In this document: piece after piece, positions 1 to 12,800 of the stretch
Position numbering within the stretch: position 1 is the first letter of the stretch
Layout of the letters: each line of letters starts with the position of its first letter
Notes under the pieces: model-generated
What the model saw: only the letters and a program-made list of their open reading frames with translations
Told to the model about the DNA's origin: nothing
The model's database searches: none
Position numbers and translations under genes: made by a program
Source: Takakia lepidozioides
Taxonomy: Eukaryota > Plantae > Bryophyta
Assembly: GCA_030704615.1 (NCBI GenBank)
Contig: CM060734.1
Coordinates: 45,198,001 to 45,262,000 of the forward strand
Length of the DNA stretch: 64,000 nt
Direction of reading: 5' to 3'

Positions 1-335
1 TCAGGAGAGAGGGATTTGCAGTCAAAGCGGGCTGGCCTTCAGCCAGCCCTCCCGACTTCACACTTCAACGTGCCAACAAGTACTTACAGGACATAATCAT
101 AAGTTTGAGAAAAGTACTGCAAAAGCAATCAGCACCCAAGAAAGCAAAGTTGCACAGTGGTATGGAAGACAGGCAGACACCAGATAGCTGAATGTGCTGA
201 AGGTGGATGCAAATTCAGAACCCAAACACAGGCACAGCTCAGCTAGAGAGTCACTCAGGTCAGTCAGATGTCATACCACTCTTGTTCCACCAGATGTGCA
301 CACAAAGATATCTAACTAGTGGGAGCAATGCCTAC

Positions 336-2660
336 CTCGCCATCCTGAAGAAGGCAAATCTCATTAAGCTGCTCGTAAAGAGATGACAAAATATGTGATG
401 CCAATTCTGCCCCATTCGAAGCAGGGACAAATAGCTGGTCAGGATCAGGAACAGCATGCTGAACTACAGTCTGGAGGAACTCAGCCCCTGCAAAAACCCT
501 GCCCTCCCATGTGAAACAATTTAAAGATAAAATAAAAGCACAGGCTGTGTGCTATGTCTACATGCAACCTCCATGACGTCTAAGAAGGGCTAGTTTGCCA
601 GAGAGGGATGTTTCAAAAGAAGTTCGACATAATGAGTCATGATGTCTGATGAAAATTTGAAGGCACACATCTGATGAAAATTCAAAGCAACACAGCTCTA
701 ATCCTGACTCATCCAAATACAATTGACCTAAAGAAACTGGATCCTAAAGACTTCAGGAGAAATATGGATGTTGTAAGTAGACATTTTGAAGTTCAAATCA
801 AATAGGTCCCAAAGAGCAGAAAATTTTGACACAAAGCTCCTTGAGGCTAAGATTCAATTCCATGGACAAGTCCATAATTAAAGGAGCACTGCAGACGGCC
901 CTGTTTTAATAAGGAAACCAATTGGCACAAGACAGAGATACCTACCATGTGTGTATCTTGTAGTGATATCAACAGGTGCATTTATCAAAGCAGGTCCACC
1001 CTCCCTGCAGCTATTCTCACAGCGAATATACAAAATAAAAAATCATTTGCAACATTCTGACCAGAAAACACTTGAGAGTGACGGTTACCATGACATGCTT
1101 GCCAAGAGGCTCAAGAGGGTTACAGTAGTTCCAGCTCCACCCATCACCGCCTCCAGCTCCTTATCCAGTGCAGCCTTGCGTAAGAACTGTGTTTATGCCA
1201 ACAGAGTCACATCATGAACGCAGCAATCCTTGTGGCTCTTATGATGTACTGTTTAGCTCTAGATATTTTTGATAGCAGATTTTGCACAGATTGTTCAGTA
1301 TCTTGTCATAATTGAAAGTTAGCTGCTTAAATTCACAGGGAAATTGTATCACTCAAGGCTTTAAAGATGGGGTACGGTTTTGTACTTGCCGTAAAATTTG
1401 ACGTGCTTGATATTGAGGGTTGTGCGAGTGGCTAGGGTGTAACGAAGAATCTAGAACTTAACTCTTCCCAACTTTCCTTATACTTCAGCAACTAAATCAA
1501 ACCTAAATGGACAAAGACCAGTCTGTTGAGATGAAATGGCTAATTATTTCTCTTGTAAGGCATTGATACGAAAAGAGCTGAATTTTGTGCACAATATGAA
1601 AGAAAGGGCCAGGAACTGTATACATACTGAGAAATTCCGTAAGATAGTTTGTGCAAAGCCAGTGGCCTCTCAAGGTTTGGGTCTCCCGGCTAGTGCATTG
1701 CAATTGTAGGCATTCCAGGAAGGATAAAATAAACTGAGCAGGTTCCGTTCGATATTCCATTAACTAGAGTTCCAGAGTACAGAGGAGATATGGAGTAGGC
1801 TCAAGTCATATCTGAACTCCTGGTTGGCCGTGGGGTCTCTTGATACAGAGTAGTAGGGTCCTACCCAGCCCAAGCCCCAAGACCATGACATTTGCAAAAG
1901 CTGGCCGCAGTAAGAAAACAGAATAAATGGAACCACCCTACCAATCGAACCTACCACAAGTCGCATGGCCACAGCGTTTGCAAAAGCCTCGAGCGTTGGA
2001 AAGGCTTGAGGCCGGAATTTCAGCCAGCTCCCAGTGGTTTCCTCTGCTACCCTCTTCACAAACGCGTCCACTCTTCGCAATCTTGTTGCTGCAGCAATGA
2101 ATGGCACCAGCAGATTGGTGAGGCTGGACATTGACAGATGAGTGACATGGATCCCAGATTCAATGTAGAACTGCTGTCCCGTTGTATCCCATCGAAAGTG
2201 CTCACTGGCGAACCCCTGAAGCATATAAAGTACATCCTTGACCTGATATCGACAAAATCCCACAAGAAAAACTTGAATGGTTAGAAAACCAGGATAAAGC
2301 CACCAATAACTTCGAACACTCTGTTTCCACAATACCAATCAAGAGGGCCAAACAGGGCGTCGACAACAACATCAAACAAATTATCCTGTTCCATCTGCTA
2401 ATTCTCCGCCTGCGATGTTTAGGACCCCAAAGTTACACTCAACATACTACTATCCGAATTTACTTCTGAAGTTGGTACTTGGATAGAAATGTAGCTGAAA
2501 TCGAATCTATGCAAAACAGTATGCGTGTTGACAGTACCAGGGAGGCTTCAGTGGTTTGATGCCACCGCTTTGGAGCAAAGAACGGTAGACTGTTCGCCCG
2601 AATTCGACTAATCCGGTCTATCAGGGAGCCCACTCCCTCGTGGCCTGTTTGACTCGCCAT
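336..2660 (-). CDS. GCP5: Gamma-tubulin complex component 5 (Spc97/Spc98 family), 5' exons; gene continues beyond window start
   Basis: Exons 2660-2538, 2242-1955, 1186-1089, 498-336, all GT-AG with matching phases. Product: MASQTGHEG...TEASL|VKDVLYMLQGFASEHFRWD...IHVTHLSMSSL...PTLEAFANAV..|FLRKAALDKE...TLLSLLASMS|WVFAGAEFLQTVVQHAVP...ELASHILSSLYEQLNEICLLQDGE, colinear with the plant GCP5 N-terminus as I recall it. Confidence 0.85.
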
Positions 2661-2832
2661 TTGCACCAACAGCACCACCTCATTAAGCTCAATTTCCCAA
2701 CAAGCGTCACAGCTCCGGAACGATTACTCCTCGAATCCCTCTCTTCCGCATCAGAGCAAACAGATCCCTCCTCCTGTAAAGCCCCTCTCCCTCTCTCTCT
2801 CTCTCCTACTTACTGTGGCGGGAACAATATGG

Positions 2833-3028
2833 TGACTGCGCGGCCATCCGCGGTTACTCACATACTGCCGCGTGTGTAAAGTCATAATAACTGCGCGGTC
2901 ATCCGCGGTGATTCAGATACAGTTTCGCGGTCTCGTGGATCACTGCACGGTGATCCGCGCGGCTCCGCGGGTGTCCCGGTTGGCTGCGCGGTCATCCGCG
3001 GCGATTCATGTACAACCGCGCGGCTCGA
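2833..3028. repeat. CpG-rich degenerate ~50 bp repeats with internal hairpin, between divergent genes
   Basis: About four copies of (A)CTGCGCGG-TCAT-CCGCGG near 2835, 2890, 2942 and 2983. Confidence 0.75.
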
Positions 3029-3820
3029 CTCTACTTAACTGACTTGCAATTCTTGCACTTCGCGCTTGCTTCCCAATCAAAAGCCCTGCTGCTGGCATCA
3101 AGCTTCGCACATTTCTGTCATCCTACAGCGTCGTTGAAGTCAAGAATTGCTTTAGAGATGGATAGAAGGAAAGACAGATAGCATTTGGTTGACTGTTGTT
3201 CGTGATTTGCATGCGTTCTTTGAAGGGTAGAGTGAGCGATGAGGCTTTCTGATTGCTGTTGTGATATCTGTATATAGCAATCCAGGGATGTGTGTGAGTG
3301 TATGCGGGTGTGTGAGAGAGAGGGAGAGAGAGAGCATTGGACGTCGTTTGGAAGACCTTCCCAAGTGCATAAACCCCTTAACAACATATGCGCCTGAGAC
3401 AGGTTGAAAGTTGACTGAGAATCTGCTTCGTCATCTGTCAGGCATGATAGTTTCTCCACAATACTCAAATTTTGAAGGAAACTGGACAATCACTAAGGAT
3501 CCAAATGGCAGCTGGTTTGGCGGCTCAAAGAGACACATACTGTTCGTAGAGGGTTCAAGATATTCTAAGCTGAGATGTGAAAGGACAAAGGACACGGTAT
3601 ACGCCCTGAATTCTCTCCATATGATTGTGTGAAGACATCTAGTTCCACCTCTTAGTCCACTGTGTTTGAAAGCTAAAGTGAACATCCAAGGTGGTCTCAA
3701 ATACAGTGAAGAGAGATTCAAAGAGCCCACATTCATTAACTTCATACTTGTTATCCCATCACTCATGTGCTCATCTTGAGTTCTTTCATTTTTTGCACGA
3801 CCCCCAAAGGAGAGGGCAGT

Positions 3821-6800
3821 ATGGCTCGTGGACAGTCAAGTGGGGATGCGCGCCCTGGAAATTCTTGGGCAACGAAGGCTCGTGTCGGCTCCAAATTAGC
3901 AGCCCGGCGGCGTCGAAGCCGTCAGAGAACCTCCCATAAGAAAACTTCAATCAGCAGTGATAACATGGACAGCTCACCTCCGGATGCACTGGGTGCAAAG
4001 CATAAAGATTCTCCGTTGGCTATGGCCTCCTCCACTGGGTACACTACTGAGACGATGGAGAGGGAACAGGATTTCTGGAAGGGGTGGGAGAAATCAAAGG
4101 AGGCTAAGAAGAACCTGAACAACATCGGGCACCTGCAGGCCTCCTTGAAAGGCTCCCCATTTGTGTTCCAGAAGCGGCTGGCGCGGATCGATTGGCGGAC
4201 AATCCACACGATTGATGTTAGCCGAATTATACGGGAAGTGGGTAGGTCTGCAGTGCCGGAGCCCGTAGGGTTTGTGGTCTAAATTTAACAAGGTCATATC
4301 TGTGCGTGAAACATTGTACTCAGTACAAAGATGTTACTGCAGTTAAGAGAGGAGGTGTTAGGGAGAAGTGAGGACAAAATAAAGTCTCGTTTGTCATGGA
4401 CCTCATGTGAGGATGTAGTCTGTCAGTTGTACATGGGATTGCAGAGAGAAAACAACAATTAGTCACTGACAGCATCTTCACCCGTTTAGTGAAACCCTAA
4501 TTCATTCCTGATTTGTTGTGAGAGGAAAGAAATTTACTTTATGCACCAGAGAAGACAGGAGGTTGGATACTTATTCACATTCTGTGCATAAGCAATGCAT
4601 ACAAAACGCCACAGTTTGTGTTTGCAATTGGGAATTGCCATTGTAAGCAATCCAAAGCTCAGGCAGAAAGGCAGAGGCAGAGTATTAATTCTTGTTTTCG
4701 GAAATGAAAGTTTGATGAGGTTAAGATCATTAGCTTGTGGGTACATGGTGGATGTTGGAACAGATATTGATACCTTGGAGACGGTGCTTGACACCATTGC
4801 ATTTGGTGATATTCAGGGTGAAGACACACGTAATTTCACAGAAGCAAACTTCGTAAAAATCTTCCGCCTGGCTCAGTTGATGGTATCTTTCATATCCATC
4901 TTGACACAATTCTCAATTCCTTGCAAAGCCTAAAACTGCCGGACAAAACAACCTTACTTCAAAGAGAAAATAGACACCAGAATAATTTGAATTGTTAGCT
5001 GCAACGGCTGGAAAATCCCCAGCAATTCTTTTCAAGAGAAACTGGAGCAACCTTTTTGGGTAAGATGTTTTTGTGAAGGTGAGTGATGATATGGAACAAT
5101 GCATATCATTGATGGTGACATGTTTCACAGCTGATTGGTTAGTAGTTTGCATCGCTTTCTCTTTCACTGTCTTTCTCAATGCTATGGTGGCCTGCCATGA
5201 GGGAGGATGCAGGTGGAGTATTTGCTGCATGTTCAGGAGTTGCTGGCAGCACATAAATCAGAGCTGCTGCTGGCAGGGGCCACCATGCAGCAGAAGGGGG
5301 AAAAACTGCGGGCCCGGTGCTTGTGGCAGCGCAATGCTCTACTGCAGACTCGACATGAATTGAAACAGGCCAAGAAGGTCTATCCCCACCTATTTTCTCA
5401 TGCCTTATGACGAATTACTATTCATAACAATGTCCCCCTTTCTTTCTCATGGCCAAGAGATTGCTACAGAAGGTTCCTTTTTGTCATTTCTAAGAACAGA
5501 GATCCTGACACCTCCAGAGCTTTGCTGATTTAGATTGGGATGATATTTCTACTCATGGAAAGCCAAAATACAGACAATGGGCTGACTAGAATGAAAGCTT
5601 CTGGTCACTACTATGTATCTATGTAGGAATGGTAACAAAACACTAAAGGACCAAATGCTCAACTTTATCCTTGCATATCTTTCACCCAATGAAGAATATG
5701 ATGTGCTTCTTTTGAGACAGAGCAGACTAACCTGTAATATGGTGACATCTACAAGCAGTCAGTTTGACTAAATAGGAATGCATGTTTTGTGAGGGATGAC
5801 AGACCATGAAAACATATGAGGTAATGCTCAAAATGCAGGGCAAGAGCCAGACCACAGCTCAGCCACAACAGGTTGGTCCGTTCCCATTAATAAGTCTTAT
5901 CTGCATGTATATTTTCTCCATGACTCCATGACTTATAACAAAATGTGTGTGCTTTCTGTCACCTGTTGGGGGGATGGAGAAGGAGAGCAGGATGTTTTGA
6001 CATGACCATGAAGGATTTCGGGAGCGCATACATGGCTGATGTGGAAAGTCGGAGTCTTCAAAAGATGGAAAACCTGATCTTCCCACTGGGGAATTCCTAC
6101 ATAAACTATTTTTGTTCAATACTGGCATGTTGTCTGAAGGCTAACTAAAGGGGAGGGAGTGGTATCCAGAAAGTTTGGAGCTTTCCAATTTATAATGTGC
6201 TTAATCAGATCATGTTTCACAATTGCAGGTCAGGCACTGCCCCTTCTGTGAGAAGATGTTTGAGTCTCCCTACTACCTTGTAAAATCCTCTACTTCTTTC
6301 GTAACTTTGGAAAGTTCATTTAGCATCATGAGTGGCACTTGGATACATGTCTGCTGACTACCTCCCTACATGTATAAAAGAAACTCCAACAAAATAAGCC
6401 CAATGGTGTGCATATGTCAAGGTTCTAAGAATGGAAGTGGTGTGCATATGTGTGTGGATTTGTTGAATGAGAATTGTGGATGCTTAAATGCATGTGTATG
6501 CTGGATGATGGCCCAGGATTTCCACATTGCCAGAAGGCATCCAAAGACACAAGAGTTAACAGAGGACAAGATTTTGGCTGTAGTGTCCAAAGCTGAGGAA
6601 GCCACTGCTGCTGCGGTATACCACACTGCTTTTTGTTTCCTTCCCTTTATTCTTGCATGCAAACATACACTGACAATTCGTCCCACTGGATAGTATATTC
6701 CTTCCATTCTCTCACCTGTGCTCCTGTGTCTCTTCCCACGAAGACTCTCTGAGCACGGACCTTCTTCATGATTGTGCAGGTGAAGGCCGAGACGAGTCGA

Positions 6801-9800
6801 GCCCTGCAAGCAGAAATCCATCAACTTCGTGAAAAGTCCGAGGTAAGTCATTGAATTTCACTCGGGACGATTCAGGTTTGATAACTGAATCTCTATTTCA
6901 ATTACCAGAAGGCTGCTAACATGATAAGTAGAAAGGACACAAAAAGTATTGCATTTATCAGGTAATCCATCAGATATTGATTCTGTAGCTTGTGCGAAAA
7001 TGTGTCATCCATGAGACATCAACTTGAATGCCCAATGGTAAATCATACATGCAACCTATTTTCCCAGATTTCTTCAGAATAACAATCTGGATTATCCCAA
7101 TAAAACAACCAGACAATCTCATAGGATGGTGAACTGTATCGCCACCACCATGCATCTAATTCTTCCATATTATGCTAGCTGTTGGATCCAAGTCTACCTT
7201 AGGTGATTAGAAAGATGAAGTGCAAAGATGAAAGCAAATTGCTTACCTCATTATAAAGTACCATTTCATTTCTTTTGCACTGGGCCCAACCATTGTACCG
7301 AAACTGAAGAACACTCCATCTTTCACTGCCCTCTTGACTGAGATCCGCAGGTGATTCCACTGTCTGTTTTGTTTCATCTCTCTGGTTTTTTCCCATTTTG
7401 TCCCATGAGCTCTTTGAGCTTTCTGCGGACGTTATAAAGTACCATTTCATATCATTTCTGCTCCGTGAAACCCAATCTCGCACTGAAGCCTTCCATTATG
7501 GGGATCAGAAATGCTTGGCAGCTTTTCTGCATGAAGCTTTGACCCTTAGGCAATCCCTTGAGCAGTAGTTGCTTTTGGGCTGCTTCTGGCTCCACTCTTT
7601 TTTCTTACAAGGGCCACGAGGGCAAGGGTAGAACAACAAGAGAAACAAAGAGATATAATAGCATCCACAAGGGAAGGGTGCAATTTACGCAACTAAGCTT
7701 GGCCGAGGGCCTTGGCTAGAAGGCTTGCCTGGGAAGGTGGCCTGGAAGTCCTTGATTTCCACTCTGTGATCACTGGGGCTGTAGCAATTGATTGTATCCT
7801 TTATCCCTGCATCTACAGGCTTTCACTCTCCCCTCAACTAATATTGACAGAGAAAAGAAATTAGTAGGCCACTAGTTGTATCAAGGTGACGAACCAGTAT
7901 TACCTCTGAAGTGTGGACAGTCATATTCATACTACTATTCAGAAAGCATCAGAATGTCTATGATACTTGTCGTGAAGTTTGTATTGAAATTTGGGGGGTT
8001 CTTACTGTAGGCTGATGTGCGCAGAGCTGAGATGGCAGCAAATGCACAGGTAGTTTTATGGAGCCTGAAGATCCTTTTGAAGTCATGAATTTTAGCTAGA
8101 TCTTTTTGCAACTTACTCGAGTAGTTTCAACGGCTGGTTGTGCTCATTCAACCAAGGAGAAAGCATCCATCACTCCATAAACAGCACTATCATGCACGAT
8201 TGTGACAAAAAATGAACCCTGTAAGCTGTCTAGTTAATGTTTTGCCCCGGTTTCTGAGGGATTAATTTTCTTAGAGAATTTGCTTGTAAATTTGGAAAAT
8301 TTGCACTTTGATACTGGGCAGCATGATGAGACTTGGTAGTTTCCATGCAGGTGAAGTCGCTGCAGGCAGACCTGAGACAAAGTAATTCTCAGCTACAGGA
8401 GGTTGAAAGTCGGCTTGAGCTTCTCCAGTCGCAGATCCAGGCTGCTTCATCATCAGTAGTTTCTCATCTTGGTCTCCTCTTGGGCTCGGAAGTCACTAAT
8501 TTTTGTAACAACAGCAACTTGGGTTATGCCAGGTCCTTTACCATGAAAGCGAAATGACAAATGACAACTAAGGTTCTTGTGGTGCTTGACCTGACCAGAA
8601 GGTAGCCCGACACGGAATTTATGCAGTAGAAAAAGTGAAGGAGAACGACAATGGTCCCGAGCAAGAGGTATGAGAACAATTTCTGTCACCATCCTCAAGT
8701 GTTCTCTTTGTATGTTAGGGGTAAATAATGAAAGGCATTTGTTGATGACTCTTGAATTTACATCTACAGAGGTTGTATGAGTTGGAGACCAAATTCTCTG
8801 GCTTGGAGCGGCAAGTTAAGACCCTTGGGCAGGTAGGCCTGAGCCTTGCCCTTGGTTACCTACCCAGTGTGTTTCCTCTTCAATGTCAAGAAAGTTTCAA
8901 CCTATATCAAATAGAGATGCTCCACGGAGTTAGTCTAATGTCTGTTCAGATAAGGGAAAATTGTCAGGTAAGCTATTAGCACCTTACAAATAGAATTGTG
9001 GGCTTAGAGGTGCTACATTTTCCATAAAGATTGAGACCTGCAACACCATCGGCTTTGTTAATTACTTCTTCCTGCGGAGATCTCTATGAACAGTTTTGGG
9101 AATTTTGGGCAGTTCATCATATGTAGATTAGGACTCCAGGTTATACTAGTATTTGGGCTGATGACTCTACTAATCTTTGGCTAATCTGGGCATGCAATAG
9201 GAAAATTCAAGGCTTGTGAAGGAGCTTGACACAGCTTACAGTGAAGTAAGATCTGTGCTTTCTATTATCAACAATCTTTCACCTACTCCTCTGTGCCCAT
9301 GGTCCAAAGTGTACGAAAAGTTTTGAAAACATACAATACTCTGTCCCCGTAAGAGGTACAAGAGGAACTCAGTAGGCTTCTAGGTTCTGCCTTCTTGAAG
9401 TAAACATGTCAGTAAACATGTCATGAAGTAAACGTGCTGTTGTCTTCATAGTTGGACGTTGTTTACCTCCATATGAGTGTCTTCATGTTGTTTTTTCTGT
9501 TTAAAGTAAACTTAAACATGGATTGCTGTATGCAGGTACCAGGCTTGAGATCAACAAAGCAGCATGCTCTGTCAGCTTTGGAGACTCAGGTTACTGTCTG
9601 GTGGAACATCATTAAAGCAGAAGCAACTATAATTGCTCTTACTGTCTCTTTATATTGTGTAAAGTAGCTCACTCATGTGGACAAAATCTTTGACAACAGT
9701 GTGTCAACGTGCACAGCGAACATGCAAGGAGCAATGTTTAATGGATTACCCTATCTGTCATGACAGCAGAAGATTGACATTGTTTTGTCTCAAGGAAAAG

Positions 9801-12800
9801 ACCTCCAGTGAGGTGGTCTCAATAGAAATGAAATGAAATGGTACTCTATAACGGTGGTCTCAATAGAGTGGCCTTATTACCATAGAAATCGAGATAGACA
9901 TGTAATATGACAGCATGATCGGTGGTCACAATGTTTGTATACATTCTTGATTACAAAAATCTATTAATGTGTGCATGTGTGGATAGAGTAGATCTGCATG
10001 GCTGAATGCCCAAGAAGCATTAGGATAAAAGTGGATAATGGACTCCTAAGGTCAGCATGTCTGTTGTAAAAACCTGTGGGTAGAGCTTTATTTTGAGAGT
10101 GACAAGAATTTTGGGTGGTGGTTGTAGGTGGAGGAGCTGCGAAAGGAGAACCAGCACCTCAAGAAGACTTTGCAGAAGGTAAACAAGAGAGGAATGGCGA
10201 CTGTCTCAGAAGTTGTTGGAGACAAGCTATGAACCAGCAACGGAAGCATACTTGCAAATATTAAAGCAGGGCTTCATTGACATTCCTTTCGACAAAGGTG
10301 TCCACCGCTTGGACATCACTCACAGAACTCCATTGATCACTCCCAGGTTTCCATGTTCATCAGAGGGCTTGGGGTTCCTGCAGCAATCCCAATCAAAAAA
10401 CAATTACGTTTCTTGCTCCCAGTTGGCCCTCATGCCCAGGGAAGCAATTCCCATCACTCCTAGGAAACAATTGCCTGTCACTCCCAGGCTTCCAGATTCA
10501 ATGGAGGACCCGGGGGCCTTGCAGCCATCGCAATCAGAAGACATGGTACGCAGCGTCCGGGTTTCTCACAGTTTTGGTTATTGTGGGAGGTATGCTGATA
10601 AGAAGCACCCTTTTCATTAGTCTTCCCTTCCTTCTAGTGCCTGCTCGTACTCTATTCTCCCTCTGCCTCAACCCTTTTGCCATAGCGACAAGTCTGCACA
10701 TGCCATGCCCGTAATCGCATATTAAGATGGGCTTTAATCGTCTGAACCTTTTGCTTGTCAAGGGGATGAATTACCCTAAAAGCTTTGTTTTTGTTGTCTC
10801 AAAGTACATGTTGACTCACTTTTGTAATGCTGTTGGAGATTTACGCAGGCAGAGGAAGAGCCCCTTGCAATAATATTGAAGGAAAGGCCCCGTGGACCAT
10901 CACCTGAAAAGCGGACAAGGGCATCAGAGGGAGAACCACAAGCACTGTTGGCCTTGGCAAGGCCATCATCTGAAAGGCAAAGAAGAGATCCTCATTTAGA
11001 AAAACTGGAGACTAGGTTCAGAGGCTCATTGCCAGAGGGACGGACAGAAGATTCCCACTACTCAAGTTCACCAGAAAAGCGTGGACTGCAGGCTGTGCAT
11101 AAAGAAAGATTTGAGGAGATATCACCAAAAAGGTTGAGAAAGTCCAAAGGCATGAAGGTGATTCTATCATTGTAGCCACACTAACACTATAAATTGCACA
11201 GTAACCAGCCTCCAGCACAACCATAATAGTACTTAACTTCTCATGATTCTCTACGTCTCAGAGCCTCATGTAGAAGGAAAAAAAGACTTTAATTACGTCC
11301 AGAGAGGCCCTGACGGTCCATGAATGATAGAACCAGAAACCGTCCAAAAAAACATCAAAACCTCCTGCAGGCAAGCTGCCAGGAACTTCTTCACTGTCTG
11401 GACATTATAAAGGCTCTTTCTTGTCTCATGCAGACACACAGAGTGCAAGAAAGAAAGATAGGGAAGAGACTTTAGATTTCCACAGGGAACCCAACTGGGA
11501 GGGAATGTACTCCTAAGATGTAGCCTTGTGGCCATACACACCACGGCCAGTTTGGGCAGAGCAGACACTACCTTGTGAGGGGCTCACTCCTGTAGTGGGG
11601 CTTGGTCATCGAGGGTAGGTAGGCCTTTCAGGTCATCCTTAAGGTCCTCACCCATGTCACAAACTGGAAAGTCTTATGCCTGACTTTGTTTTGTTCGGAC
11701 ATTCGCGATGCTTGCAACACAGCCCTAGACACTTCAGCCTCCAAGTCAGCTTCATCTAGCAGGGTCAGTTCCTCCTAATACTCAGGTACTTCAAAATCTC
11801 CTCTACCCTTTTCGGCTGACTTGCTCTCTTTGAGCGCCAAAAGTCTAACAGAGAGAGAGATGTACTCATAAGACTTTGTTTGCCATAGCCTTGTGGCCAT
11901 AGACTGCGCGCCCGGTTTGGAAAAACATAGGGAATAGGCACTACCTTTGTAAGGAGCTCACTCCGGTAGTGTGACTTACCTTGTTATATATAATTAGCTC
12001 GGGCTTTCCAGGTATCCTGTGGGGTGAGCGCGCGCGAGAGAGAGAGTGGATTCTGTACTGACAAGTCTATCCATCATGGTACAGAGCTGGTTGGATGGAC
12101 ACCGAAGCCCCAGGAATGCTGAAGAACTTAAAGTGCAATTTGAGGCTGAGATGGCTGCTGTCCATTCTGAAGAAAAAAGGTAGCAGAGGATGACAATTCA
12201 CCGTTCAAAAAACTTGAGGTGTAACTGAAATAGTGTTCTCACAAAGAATAAAGTATCTTTAATACGTTGAAAATAGGTTGTATTTGATTGAATGTAGTTT
12301 CCTTTGCAAATGCAAGAAGACCTTGCTCAACAAATTCAAAGAAGATTGCATCTCTTCAGAAAGTTTTCAGGAGCTTTTTCTGTCACTCTCTTTTTGTGTA
12401 TGAATCTGTAGCAAGGCCAACCTAAGGTCAAGAAAGTTAATGTTTTCCTATGTCCTGACATGGTCATCTGTTTCACTCCCTTTGCATGTTTTGGAAATAG
12501 ACTTGAAAGAATGAAATGAAATGGTACTCTATAATGCCCGCAGAATGAAAGCGATTATAGTGGAGTTTTCCAGACACTTGCAAGTTTCTGTGACTGTTTT
12601 ATACCAAGGGGTAGGTTGATGCTGGAATTCTGATGTATGAGTTCATTTAGGCGCCAGAAAGCAGTTCAGCACTCCCAGGTTAAAGAGAAAGACAGAGAGC
12701 AAGCACAGGCCAAGAAAAAGTCCAAGAGGGTCAGGCGGGAAGAAGAGAGCTACATTCAAACCCAATTGCACCCAAAGTCAGGTGACAGTGTAAGTCTGGC

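Noticed and set aside
11262-11322. Extra DZIP1-like exon
   Set aside because: Stops in all three frames; the exons ending 11157 and starting 12085 join in phase without it.
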